From contig NC_042998.1 of assembly GCF_006345805.1 (NCBI RefSeq), positions 53,506,001 through 53,570,000 on the forward strand: DNA of 64,000 bases. Direction: 5' to 3'. Below, piece by piece: positions 1 to 12,354 of this stretch. Position 1 is the stretch's first letter, and every line of letters starts with the position of its first letter. Below the pieces are notes generated by a model, which worked only from the letters and a program-made list of their open reading frames with translations, ran no database searches and was not told the DNA's origin. The translations under genes were made by a program, and so were the position numbers. This stretch comes from Octopus sinensis. Lineage: Eukaryota.

Positions 1-160
1 GTAGCTCTCCGCTGGGTCTAGTTCTTTTATGACATTCTGCTGGTCAAGGTTAACGTTAGATGTTTCTGTCATTTTTCCTTTGATAAAGGTAGCTTTTGCA
101 CATTTATCGAGGCCGAATTGCATTCTGATGTCGTCACTGAATTGTTTGACTATCGCTAGT
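1..160 (-). mobile_element. R4/Dong-clade non-LTR retrotransposon RT fragment, 5'-truncated, continues off the window edge
   Basis: Minus strand reads without stops LAIVKQFSDDIRMQFGLDKCAKATFIKGKMTETSNVNLDQQNVIKELDPAESY, the region after the catalytic DD motif of R4/Dong RTs (FSxDIxMxFGLDKC). Its 5' junction abuts a (TAA)n tract, the known Dong target. Confidence 0.8.
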
Positions 161-227
161 TATTATTATTATTATTATTATTATATTATTATTATTATCA
201 TCATTATTATTATTATTATTATTATTA

Positions 228-289
<62 letters not shown>
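160..289. repeat. (TTA)n microsatellite
   Basis: Read directly. Confidence 0.95.
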
Positions 290-431
290 GGGCAGGGAGA
301 ATCGTAAGTACGCCAGGGAAAATGCTTAGTGGCAATTTGTCAGTCTTTACATTCTGAGTTCAAATTCTGTCGAGGGCTACTTTGCCTTTCATCCTTTCAG
401 GCTTGATAAACTAAGTACCAGAGATTCCCAT

Positions 432-764
432 TTGGTGTATATGGCAGAATGCATAAAACACAACTTGATTTATGTTGGTTGTACAAAAGAACAATTAAAC
501 AAGATGTTTAATGGGAACAGATATGATGTCAGGCACAATCACAATTGTTCGACAGAACTTGCTGATTATTTTGCTTCAAACAACTGCAACTTTGAAAAAG
601 ACTTGAAAGTGCATATTCTTAGAAAATATTCTGAATCTCCTTCACTTTCAATACTCAAAATGCACGAGGAGAAATATGTTTGTGGGTTATTAGCATCACA
701 CCCTGGAGGAATGAATAAAATGACAGTAGAATTTCGTCAAATTTATACAAAACTGTTTGATTAA
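432..764 (+). mobile_element. Penelope-like element relic, GIY-YIG endonuclease C-terminal ORF
   Basis: VYMAEC..NLIYVGCT..LNKMFNG..ELADYF..E..PGGMN matches the VY/YVG-R-H-E-GxN pattern of PLE GIY-YIG domains; catalytic Arg and His are degenerate and no RT lies upstream. Confidence 0.75.
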
Positions 765-1044
765 ATATTCTTTTCCTCTTCTTTTTTTCTTTCCTTTTTT
801 CTCTGTCTTTTCCTTTTTGCCAGTTATAAAATTGAAACTTCAAGACTGATTATGTCATTCCACCAAAATGAAGATGCTGGTTGCTCTCATTCATACTTTA
901 GATTTAAATTTCTATAATTTTGAATTTTTATCAATTTTTATTTTGAACTTTACAACAACAGGCTTGCTGTCAAAATATCATTCAACCAATAAAACATCTA
1001 TTGCAATCACATTGTGCTCTTCATCTTGTCTATTATTATTATTA

Positions 1045-1098
<54 letters not shown>

Positions 1099-1545
1099 GG
1101 CAGTGAGCTGGCAGAATTGATAGCACACACGGCAAAATGCTTAGTGGTATTTTGTCCATATTCACACTCTGAGTTCAAATTCTACTGAGGTCGGCTTTGC
1201 CTGGCATCCTTTCAGGTTTCATAAAATAAGTACCAGTTGAATATTTGAAACCATTATTAATTTTACTATTGTTATCATTATTATTATCGTCATCATTATC
1301 ATCATCATCATTATCATCATCATCATTACTAAGGCAGTGTGTTGGCAGAATTATTAGCATGCAGGACAAAATGCATTCATTGTTTCATCTATTTTTATGT
1401 TCTGAGTTCAAATTCCAGCAAGGTTGACTTTGTTTTTAATCCTTTTGGGGTTGATAAAAATAAGTAGCAATTGAGTACTGGGGTCAATGTAATCGACTAG
1501 CTCCCTGTCCCAAAATTTCAGGCCTTATGACCTATAGTGGAAAGA
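1099..1545 (+). mobile_element. Two decayed tRNA-derived SINE copies (family A, my label) at 1099-1240 and 1333-1545
   Basis: A-box-like TGGCAGAAT, B-box GAGTTCAAATTC and the core GCCTTTCATCCTTTCGGGGTCGATAAA shared with the intact copy at 15786. Confidence 0.8.
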
Positions 1546-1877
1546 ATTATTATTAGAAATAATGGTAAATGGCAGAGTCAGTAGAGAACCAGACAACTTG
1601 AATAGTGGTGGTTAGTTATGTATCTTTGAGTTTCTAATTAGTGGCCTGACTGAATCAACTTTACACAGCATATTTCCAGCATTGATAAAATTAGTACCTA
1701 TCAAGTGCTTGGATTGACTGAATCACCTATAGCAATGTTTCTCAACAAGTTTCCATATGACTTTTGGGGTTCTATATAGGATTTTGTTGTTAAAGTCTAA
1801 ATGCAATAAATTGATTCATACTTCTACAATACACAAAATATTTTAACAGATTTTTTCATACAATTCCTAATAATAAT

Positions 1878-2582
1878 GAGGTAGTGATTTCGATCCTTGC
1901 ATTCTTGAGCAGGTCACTTTATTTCATGTTGGTCCAGTTCATTCAGCTGTAGAAATGAGTTGCAACATCACTGGTGCCAAGCTGTATTAGCCCTTGCCTT
2001 TACCTTGGATAATAATGTTGGCATGGAGATGTGATACTGGTAAGCATGGGTGACTGCTAGTCTGCCATCAAAAAATACAACCTTATTTCTTTATTGCCCA
2101 CAAGGAGCTAAACATAGAGGGGACAAACAAGGACAGACAAAGGGATTAAGTCGATTACATCGACCCCAGTGCATAACTGATACTTAAATTATCAACCCTG
2201 AAAGGATGAAAGGCTGAATTTGATCTCAGAACAAAACGGTAGATGAAATACCTATTTCTTTATTACCCACAAGAGGCTAAACACAGAGGGGACAAACAAG
2301 GACAGACAAAGAGATTAAGTCGATTACATCGACCCCAGTGCATAACTGGTACTTAATTTATCGACCCCAAAAGGATGAAAGGCAAAATCGACCTCGTCAG
2401 AATTTGAACTCAGAATGTAACGGTAGACGAAATACCGCTAAGCATTTTGCCCTGCATGCTAACATTTCTACTAGCTCTCTGCCTTAAAAATACAGCCTTG
2501 CCCGGTCTTGTGTCTTGGAGGGGAACTTTCTAGGTGTATTCCATGGTTATTGATGACTGAAGGGATCTTTACTGCTTACCCT
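1878..2582 (+). mobile_element. SINE family C copy split by a minus-strand family A dimer (2085-2485)
   Basis: Both flanks align to the intact family C copy at 16712-17049; the insert is flanked by a near-identical AAAAATACA(A/G)CCTT duplication. Confidence 0.8.
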
Positions 2583-2733
2583 AATAATATTTAGATATAT
2601 AAAAATAATATAATTGTTAATATAATATAATTGCTGGCATTAGAAAGGACATCCCACCATTGAAACTATGTCACAGCAGACACTTGGAGTTTGGACAGCT
2701 CCCTGTCAAACCATCCAACAGCAAATCTAAATG

Positions 2734-2790
<57 letters not shown>

Positions 2791-2939
2791 GATTTCAAAT
2801 TTTGGTACATGGCCAGCAATATTGAGGGAGGGGGCATCATATATGTAACAGGCTTCCATACAGTTTCTCTCTGCCAAATTCACTTGTAAAACATTGGCGG
2901 AAGTGTTAAGACCAGTCCCTCTGATAGTGAAAAGCATTC

Positions 2940-3206
2940 ATGGCAGTGCTATGTAAAAGTGTTCATGGAGTGCCACATCAAAGTGATTGTGTAGCACCAC
3001 ATAAGAGTGCCCATGCGGTGCCATGTAAAAGTGCCTGTGTGGTGCCATGGCAAAGCATCCAGCACACTCTGTAAAGTGGTTGGTATTAGGAAGGGCATCC
3101 AGCCGTAGAAACAATGCCAAATCAGACTAGAGCCTGGTATAGTTCCCCAGCTTGCCAGTTCTGGTCAAACTGTCCAACTCATGTCAGTATGGAGAACAGA
3201 CATTAA

Positions 3207-3245
<39 letters not shown>
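2940..3245 (+). mobile_element. RTE LINE 3' terminal fragment ending in (GAT)n
   Basis: GTGGTTGG..TAGGAAGGGCATCCAGCCGTAGAAA and the terminal CATGG..GACRTTAAA(TGA)n match 24880-25052. Confidence 0.8.
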
Positions 3246-3496
3246 GTCAGTCCAGGGCTAAAGTAGAAGATATTTGTCCAAGGTGCTGTACAGTGGGACT
3301 AAATCCCAAATCACAAATTGTTATCATGACAAGAGGAGATATGGTTGATATAGACGAGAAACTCCTTCTCATTTGCAAAGGAAACTTGTTGCTAAGTCTG
3401 CTGTGGAATATAGAAGAGTCCATTGCTTGCAGAATATAAAACTTGCTTACAAGTAAAATATTAGGTCTCTCTTTTGATCTTTTATTTATTTTATTC

Positions 3497-3821
3497 CTCA
3501 TCCTTTAGAAGGAACAGTTGTTTGTTCCTTCTCGAGCCATGCCTGGCTCATAAGGGCTGGTTTCCTGGTTTCTTTGGTGTATAGGTTCCCCACCTGGACA
3601 GGACGCCGGTCCATTGCAGATGAGCTGCAAGATGCAGGAGGAAAGAGTGAGAGAAAGTTGTGGCAAAAGAGTCAGCAGAAGTTCGCCATTACCTTCTGCT
3701 GGAGCCGCATGGAACTTAGGTGTTTCGCTCATAAACACACACATCGCCCGGTCTGAGATTTGAACCCGCGATCCCTCGACCGCGAGTTCGCTGTTCTAAC
3801 CACTAGGCCATGTACCTTCAC
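3497..3821 (-). mobile_element. tRNA-derived SINE (family D, tail X)
   Basis: Head TGGCCTAGTGGTTAG (A box) and GGTTCAAATC (B box); 14-bp flanking duplication TATTTATTTTATTC at 3483 and 3822. Confidence 0.85.
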
Positions 3822-4699
3822 TATTTATTTTATTCATTAGACTCTATCTATGCTGGAACACTGTTTTGAAGGGTTTTAGTCAATCTTATCAACCCTAATT
3901 CTCATTTCTTCATTATTCTTTAAATTAATTGAAATAAAGGCAATTTATTATGTCTGAAATATCTGAAATAGGTTATAAACTGCAAATGGCCACAAAACTT
4001 CTGATATGCACAGTAAGACATGCCATGGTATGCCCAAGTGGGTTGTGATATTTAAACCATGTTGTAAACTGCCTGCTGTTTGGGGAATCTCATGGCAATT
4101 GCTAATCTGCATGCATCTAATATGTATTGCTTCTTTATTACATAAGTTACCAATATGGAACTTATGTCTATCAAAGGCCTTGATAGAGCTGTAAGTTATG
4201 TATTCTGACAGCTGTCAGAATGCCTCTTAAGAGATAGGCAGCCATATCCGTGTACATAATACTTAAATATATTGAATTGATAGTATCAGTTATGTAAAAA
4301 ATTGTTACCTTTTTCTCTGCATAATGTACATCATATAAATTCTAAAGCATTTGTCAACATTTTCAACCAAGACATTTATGTATGTGCATATTCTGTCAGA
4401 ATAGACATATATCATTTGAGGGGAAGTCCCAAATGAATATATTGCATTTTTGGCTCTTCTCATCATGTAAGTGGACATGCCAAGAATGGTAGCTTATTCA
4501 TTTATGTGAGAAATCCAAAATTATCAGATGTGCAGAAATGTGAATAAATTGATTAATTGCCTTGCTCTTTTTCTTTCCTTCTTTTCTTTTCTTTTGATAT
4601 CAAAGTATTCCATCCATCTCCAACTCCACACACATGCATGCAGTAAAAGTGAATTCTGAGTGAGGAACTATTTAAAGTTCAAACCAGTCATGGGAAAAC

Positions 4700-4930
4700 T
4701 ATGGCACACAGGCTACATGTAATCCACATGTAGCACAAATACCATGTAGCATATGTAGCCCACAAGACACATGTAGGCCACAGGCAATATGCAAGCCTCA
4801 TTCCACAGGCAACCCACAGGCCACGTGCAGCCCATAGACCACATATGCAGCTCACAAGCCACATGTAGCCCACAGGCCACATGCAACCCACAGGTCACAT
4901 GCAACCTACAAACCACATGCAGCCCACAGA
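4700..4930. repeat. Degenerate 18-bp minisatellite (approx. GGCCACATGYAGCCCACA)
   Basis: About a dozen imperfect units read directly. Confidence 0.8.
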
Positions 4931-5004
4931 TTTTCTGAATGACATACCCAATTTCACAAGGAAAATAATGTTTATTGAAATTTTTTTGAACTGTGATTTG
5001 TCTA

Positions 5005-5575
5005 ATGACGAGCCATATCTAGGCCAGCCTGCTTCTTGAAAATGTGAAGCACCAAAGACAGTGATTAGGGAAAGGAGAAACACTGGCACCCCAAGCTAAA
5101 GGTCTTTGCCCACATGAGGTGTTGTTATCTGTTTGGTGGATATGAAAGGTTTAGTCCACTTCAAACTTTTAAACCCAAACCAAATGATAACAAAGGAGAT
5201 CTACTGCAAGCAGCTTGAGTGGCTTAAGTCAGCGCTAGAAGAAAAACGACTATCTTTGATTTCAAGACAAAAGATATTCTTCTATCAAGATAATGCTTGG
5301 CTACATACAGCAAGGATGACATTCCAAAGACTGGAACAGTTTGAATGGGAAACGATACCCTATCCACCATATTCGCTGGACATTGCCCCATCTGATTATC
5401 ATTTATTCTGCAGTCTTCAAAATCTTTTGGACAGAAAGAATATGAATTCTGTAGACGAGGGGAGAACAGTACTGGAGGAGTATTTTTAGTCACAGACAAG
5501 TGAATTTTGGAAGAGGGATCCTGCAAATAAAAGAAGTATTAAAAAAAACTGCCTTATTTACAGGATAACCCAATA
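5005..5575 (+). mobile_element. mariner (DD34D) transposon 3' relic with right TIR
   Basis: WWDMKG..QDNAWLH..YPPYSLDIAPSDYHLF with 34 residues between the last two Asp; ends in a mariner-like TIR TTATTTACAGGATAACCCAATA. Confidence 0.9.
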
Positions 5576-5849
5576 CATTGTGTACTAGTGACCTTTATTC
5601 AGTGGTAAAACTAAACATCCACCTGTAGAAACCCTTTATCAGTTCCCCTATACACATAAGAGGTAGTACCCTCCAAGTAAATTCACTGAAAGAATGTGTA
5701 TGTAGCATGTCAGTTGTGGCTGGATGATTCCAATGTTGTTTTGCATTTGTCATTTTCTATCAAGGAAATTACAAATACGATGTCTTGGGTCTTGTGTTGA
5801 TGTAGCAATGCATGACGAGTAAATGCCTTTAAGGAGACCTGCTGAAAGT

Positions 5850-6100
5850 CAGTGAGAAGATCAAGCAAAGACAGCTGCGACTATCTGGTCACTGCATGCA
5901 TCACTCGGATCAAGAAACATCCAAATCAGTCCTTGTGGGACCCACTTCATGGTGATGTAAGAAGAGAAAAATGTCATCACACTTACATCAACAACTTGAT
6001 TGCAGAAACTGACCTGGAACATATCCAGGACCTTGAGGCAGTGATGATAAACCAAGAAATGTGTTGGGTGAACTTTGTTGCTGTGGCCCAGGTTGGAAGC
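5850..6100 (+). mobile_element. Old RTE-like LINE C-terminal relic
   Basis: Across a frameshift reads RQLRLSGHC..LWDP.HG..R..TYINNL..ETD..L..M, resembling the RTE-type RxLRxxGH..RGRP..DR..W C-terminus. Confidence 0.55.
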
Positions 6101-7671
6101 TAGCCATAATAAATAATAAATAGTTGTGTTGATGCACATTTAAGGTTAAGCAGGATGCCTTATTTCAATCAAACTGACTCTCATCCTTCTGGGACATGTA
6201 CTTAATATAATTTTATATTAATTTATATTCTTTTTCAACATAACTTTTTACATTCACTGTAAGCTTCTCACTGTTGTTGCCATCTATCTTTGTAATGTAC
6301 CCCATTTACTGTGCTTCTAGCAAATAAAGAATGTTTACTATTATTATAATTGTTGTCAATGCTGAGCTACTGCTTCCACTGCTGATATTATCATTGATCC
6401 TCAAAGTGTGCACACATCTGTTTATTTTGCTCTGAAGCTAGACCACTTTTATATCATCATCAAATGAAATTTTCTTTAGAAGACTCGTTAAAAAAGATTA
6501 TAATACTCTGGGAAAAGCCTACGTTAGATACCTGGAGAGTAAACAATAAAAAAAAATTTGTTTTTGTAGGCTTTTCTTTATTTATTTACATGCACAACAT
6601 TTTTACTCTCAATCTAGCTACCACACACAAATGTGGCTGTTAATAAAAAAAAGCCCGAAATCAAAATGCACAGTTGAATAAACAAAAAGGAGAAAAAATG
6701 AACACTTAGATAATTACTATATAGGAATATTTGAAGCAATCTAACAGATGGATATGAAGGTAGCAACAGTAACAACAACAGTGACAGTATTTGTACTTTA
6801 AATTATTCATACAATAGCTGTGTTAAAACTAATCGTGCCTCAAACACAATAAATAGAATTTTCAAGTTTAACACATTTCCAAGAAAAAAAAACTAGTTGG
6901 TAGAGTTCTGTTAAGTGTTTCTTTATTGCAGAATCTAGTACAAGAGAAAATAAAGAAAATTGATATATCCATACTTTAGAAAAAACGACACAGATCTCAA
7001 TGAACCTTGATGACAGGAATCAACCTTAGTGACAAGCGCTTCAGGGCATCTTGAAAGAAATCCTCTCAGCTGAAAAACTTATAGCACTATTTCCTGTAAA
7101 TTCGAAAGAAAATGCTCAGCCAAAATATAGGCTGGATTTGCTAGACGTATTTCCATCTCCATACATTTGTGCTTCAGTATATGGTGCAAAAAAATACAAG
7201 ATTGAAAATAATAAAAGATATTAGCATAGACTTCGGTGTTTTGCTGGTTGTCACTTTGGTATCACAATATGAGCGAGTGCTTAAAGTATGGCTAACAAGA
7301 GGAGACACATGGGGCAAAAATATCAAGATAGGTTTGCTAGTACTAATAACTCCCAAAGGTCACAGAGCTATTCTGGAACAGTGCCTTGTTGCAAGTGCTG
7401 AAACACAGAGCATGTAATTGATGATACAGGCCAATAAGCTTTGTAGTAGAGGTATTGTAGTTAGAACTGCTTCAGAGTCTCTTGCTCTGAAGAACTAGAA
7501 ATACTAGGCAAGAAAACCAGAAAGGTAAGTATGGCGACCAACCAAGAGAGCAACATGAACAGCAAATCTTTGTTTATAGAGCACCACGAATCTAAACTCA
7601 AAAAATGGCTTGAATAATTGCTTTATATTCAGTTCTAGAAACAAGCCTGTAAACACCCACCTTTTAATATT

Positions 7672-7885
7672 GATGTCAAATTTTGGCACAAGGAGAGCAG
7701 TCTTGAGGGAGAGATTAAGCCAATTACATAAACCCCGGTGCTCAACAGGTATTTATTTTATCAACCCTGAAAGGATGAAAGGCAAAGATGACCTCGGTGT
7801 AATTAGAACTTAGAACGTAAAGACAGATGAAATGCCTCTAAGCATTTTGTCTGATATGCTCATAATTCTGCCAGCTCATTGCCTT
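7672..7885 (-). mobile_element. SINE family A
   Basis: Reverse complement of the family A head and core. Confidence 0.8.
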
Positions 7886-9044
7886 CCCACCACCTAAAAT
7901 TTGCAATGAATAGCATTGTCATGTGATGAGCAAGAAACAATGGTTTCTGAGGAATATATACATCAAAGAAAACAGCAAAGGAAAAAAAAAGAGAAAAGAT
8001 TTCAAAAATGTGAAATCAAAATCTAAAAGAACTAAAACAGATGAAGAGGTGAACAATTTTCACAAAACAACAATGATACCATCATCACCATCATTATTTA
8101 ACGTCAATTTTCCATTCTAGTATGGGTTATATGGTTTGACTGAAGCTAGTATGTTGGAGAGCTGTCCCAGGATCCAGTTCAAAAAAACACAAAAAAAATA
8201 TGAAGTAAATGATGAGGAGAATGAGGAAAAGATTTACTATCATTTGAAAATCAGATAACTTATAGATAAAATCACACATCTATGGCATCATGGATTTTCT
8301 GATGAGGTAAAACTATCACAAGTACAGTTATGTTTGGAATACAGACAAAATGCAAAAGACAGATCATTAATAAAAAAATATTATAAAACTATAACAGACT
8401 AAAATACTCATCAGTATATTTTAAGCACTTGTATTTGAAAAGGGCCATATACTGCCCACAAAAAGCAAGTTCTTTTAGTTTTTTTTTGCAACACCAAATA
8501 ACTCAAAAAATGTTAACTGGAGCTTTTGAGTGCACAAGACTGCAATACAAACAATGGCTAGTGGGTAGAGATGAGATGATAATCCTCTCAAACTTCACCA
8601 ATTACTTGCTTAAAATTATTTTAACCATCTCTTTGTATACTGAATAACATCTTTCAGCTCTCTCTTTGTCATTGTATAACTTATCTGTCTCTATCCAACA
8701 CATTTTCTATGTAAATCCCTTGGTTAGTTTCCCTTCATATTTATACATATCTCTCTGAAGCCCTTATGGCTAATGATAAAAAAAGCAGTTCAGCAAAAGA
8801 GACCGATAGAATAAGTACCAGGCTTACAAAGATTAAGTCCTGGAGTCCATTTGTTCGATTAAAGGTAGTGCTCCAGTATGGCCACAGTCAAGTGACTGAA
8901 ACAAGTGAAAGAAATAAAAAAAAAATCCCAAAGCTATTACATGCTAATTTAATTATAAGAATGTTATCTTGATATTTAGCGACAAAATATCTCCTCAATC
9001 ACATGAATCTTTCTCAGGATTCTTGCAGTATATAGGATGGTAAA

Positions 9045-9450
9045 GGCAGCAAGGTGGCAGAAACATTAGCACACCGGGCGAAATACTTAGCGGTATTTCA
9101 TCTGCCATTACGTTCTGAGTTCAAATTCTGCTGAGGTTGCCTTTCATCCTTTTGGGGTTGATAAATTAAGTACTAGTTACGCGCTGGGGTCGATGTAATC
9201 GACTTAATCTATTTGTCTGTCCTTGTTTGTCCCCTCTATGTTTAGCTCCTTGTGGGCAATAAAGAAATAAGAAACATTAGCATGCTAAGCAAAATGCTTA
9301 GCAGTATTTCATCAAATTCCACTGAGGTTGACTTTACCTTTCATACTTTGAGGGTCTATAAATTAAGTACCGGTTGTGTACTGGGATCAATCTAATCTAC
9401 TGTCCCCCTTCCTAAAAATTTCGGGCCTTGTGCCCAGAGTAGAAAAGAAT
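9045..9450 (+). mobile_element. SINE family A head-to-tail dimer
   Basis: Full monomer to about 9270 (AATAAAGAAATA), then a restart at the internal AAACATTAGCA with a different 3' end. Confidence 0.85.
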
Positions 9451-9454
9451 ATAC

Positions 9455-10435
9455 GATGGTGCTTTTTGCTGGTCAGACAATGTGGTCTTAATTCCATTAT
9501 CTTTCGGTCTCTTAGTAGACTGGGTGTTGTCCCAACTGCACCAATTACAACAAGCATAATTGTTGTCTCAGTTTTCCACAAGCTTTTCCACTCTCTAGCT
9601 GGGTCCTGATATTTCTCAAGTTTTTACACATATTTGGTATCCATTCTGTTATCATGTGGTATTGCAAAGTCTATGATCTTACATTGCTTGCATTGTTTGC
9701 TTATTTCGTTGCTAATCAAAATCAAAATCAAAATCGATCAACATCAATGGAAATTGTAGTTGTGATACCAGTGCCGGTGGCACATAAGAGAACCATCCAA
9801 ATGTGGCCGTTGCCAGCACTGGCCTCCGTGCCGGTGGCATGTAAAAAGCATCATCCAATCGTGGCCGTTGCCAGCCTCACCTGGCCTCCGTGCCAGTGGC
9901 ACATAAAAAGCACCCACTACACTCACGGAGTGGTTGGCGTTAGGAAGGGCATATAGCCATAGAAACATTGCCAGATCAGACTGGGCCTGGTGCAGCCTTC
10001 TGGCTTCCTAGGCCCCAGTTGAACCGTCTAACCCATGCTAGCATGGAAAGCGGACACTAAACGATGATGATGATGATGATGATGATAATTATATCTGATC
10101 TTCCTACTTCAATAGTATGATCAGTTTTTTTGAGGGACATCCCATACCTCCTGTAATTCTTTTTCTTTATCACAGCCTCTGGTTCTTGGTCATACAGCTT
10201 TCCTGTCTTTTCAAAGATACTCACAAGGCAAACACCCCAATACACTCTATTAAATAGAGTTATGCCTGTACTTTTTGTGGTGCTAGCTTACTGAGTTCAC
10301 TGATTAACACTTTCGTCTCCTTTTCTGCAGATTCTGCATTTGCTCTCTGACTGATATTTGTTGATCTTTGCCTTAATCAGATTTGTCTTAATGACATGTT
10401 TTTGAGTGGTTATAATTAGAGCTTTCATCTCTCAT
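9455..10435 (-). mobile_element. R4/Dong-clade LINE C-terminal relic (CCHC knuckle plus restriction-like endonuclease), interrupted by an RTE tail
   Basis: Minus strand: KTNLIKAKINKYQSESKCRICRKGDES..; LYDQEPEAV..TDHTIEVGRSDII; then, past the insertion, CKIIDFAIPHD..KLEKYQD..LWKT..VIGAVG. These are degenerate RLE motifs (RPDI, KYxDL, VIGALG). Confidence 0.8.
9714..10086 (+). mobile_element. RTE 3' UTR fragment nested in the Dong relic
   Basis: Starts with (AAAATC)n, contains GTGGCAYRTAAAAAGCA subrepeats, ends in (GAT)n; matches 24770-25052. Confidence 0.85.
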
Positions 10436-10856
10436 CTCAGTGAGCTGGTAAAATTGATTGAGAAAAATGTTTAGCAGTTTATCTAGCTCTTTACATTCTG
10501 AGTTCAAGTTCCACCGAGATCATTTTTACTTTCATCCTTTCAGGGTCAATAGAATAAATACCCATCTAGTACTAGGGTCAATGTAATCGACTAGCTACCT
10601 CTACCAAAATTTGAGGTCTCTTGCCTATAATATAAATTATTATTATTGTTATTATTATTATTATTAAGTGAGTAGGCAAAATCGTTAGAGCACTGGGGCA
10701 CAATGCTTTGCTGCACTTTGTCCATCTTCACATTCAGAGTTCAAATGCCTCCAGAGTTGATTTTGGCCTTCATCCATTTGGGCTCAATAGACTCAATATT
10801 GCTGGCCTTGTACCAAAATTTGAAATCATTATTATTATTATTATCATTATAATTAC

Positions 10857-10893
<37 letters not shown>

Positions 10894-11666
10894 TAGATTT
10901 GCCATTGGAAAATGTGTTTATGGACATTCATGTGACTTAAAAATATTTGTTGGATTACATGCAAAACTGAATGAAATTTTTGTGGAAATATGCACATTGA
11001 GATGCAAACTTTCAATAACTAGAATTTTTCAAGCATAAAGGAAAAAAAACAAAAGGCTTTAATTTGCTAATCTATCCTTTTTATATTCTTTCACAACCAA
11101 ATACTTCAAACATGGCTTCTAAGATAATATTCACTCCTGAAATTTTAATAAAGTAAAAAAAGAAACAATATCATTTAAACATGGTAACATATTTTTTCTT
11201 TTTTTAAAATACATGGGGAAAATGTAATATTCAGCCAAATATATTTCATAACACACATAAATGGTTTAGTCAAAATTCTAATGGAGAAAACAGTAACTGA
11301 GGCCATTGTAAACTTCTCTTGTAATTTTTATGTTGATAGTCATGATTGAAGTTGTTATTAGCAAAAACTTACAGACCTTCCTCTAGAAGAGCCAGCCCTT
11401 TAATAATATTATTTGCATTTAATTTAATTGGAGTTGATACATAAATAGGGGCTCTAATTTCATACTACCTGTGACATTTCTTCCAAGAAGAAAAATCAGA
11501 GCATGTTTGAAAGTTTTAAATTCTGATGTTGAGTTTTCTTTTCAAGAAATAAAAGTTCTAGTAGGTATACACTTCAAGAAAAGTTCAGTTTCATTGACAA
11601 TAAATATAAATGTAGATGTTGAACTATGAGAATGAGTGAACATGACATTGATGGATGAAATTTTTT

Positions 11667-11891
11667 TATTTGGGTATTAAGGCTACCATTGGTTTCATGT
11701 TAAGAAAATATCTTAATATCTTCACAATTTTTTAAGTCAATCACATGGAGGAATGGTGATCGTCTCCATTTTGGTGTTTTCATCCAAAATGAAGATGTAC
11801 ACCATTCCTCCATCTGGCTGGCTTGAAAAATTGTTAAGATATTAAGATAATTTCTTAACATAAAATCAATGCTTGCTTTAATACACAAATA
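11667..11891. repeat. 225-bp ungapped imperfect palindrome (foldback/MITE-like hairpin)
   Basis: Left arm 11667-11774 matches the reverse complement of 11784-11891 at about 91 of 108 positions by manual alignment; spacer under 10 nt. Confidence 0.9.
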
Positions 11892-11900
11892 TATCATCAT

Positions 11901-11940
<40 letters not shown>

Positions 11941-12297
11941 TATGCAAAACCTTCAACATTTAAAGTTTTCCATGTTGGCATGCGTTGGATGGTTTAACAG
12001 GTTCTGATGAATTAGATGACAGCATCGTGCACCAATATTTTCTCTATCATGATTTCTACCCCTGGATGTCCTTTCTAAGGCCAACCACTTTACAGAGTGC
12101 ACTGAGAGCCTTTTTCATCGCAACAGCACTAGCAATGATCACTTAGTAGGTTGTAAGGCTAAGGCCCTAAAGTGGAGGAAATAGAAAAGAAAGTGGGTAA
12201 TGATCTTAGATGAAGAGATGAGGGGAAAGGATTAGTGATAGGACTGAGAAAAAGAGAGGAATAGAGTTGAACATGTAATAAGTAAATAGGTAGGCTC

Positions 12298-12333
<36 letters not shown>

Positions 12334-12354
12334 TGTGTGTGTGTGTAGATATGT

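Noticed and set aside
6980-7620. Possible LINE ORF1 zinc-knuckle relic (CCKC*NTEH)
   Set aside because: Too decayed to assign.
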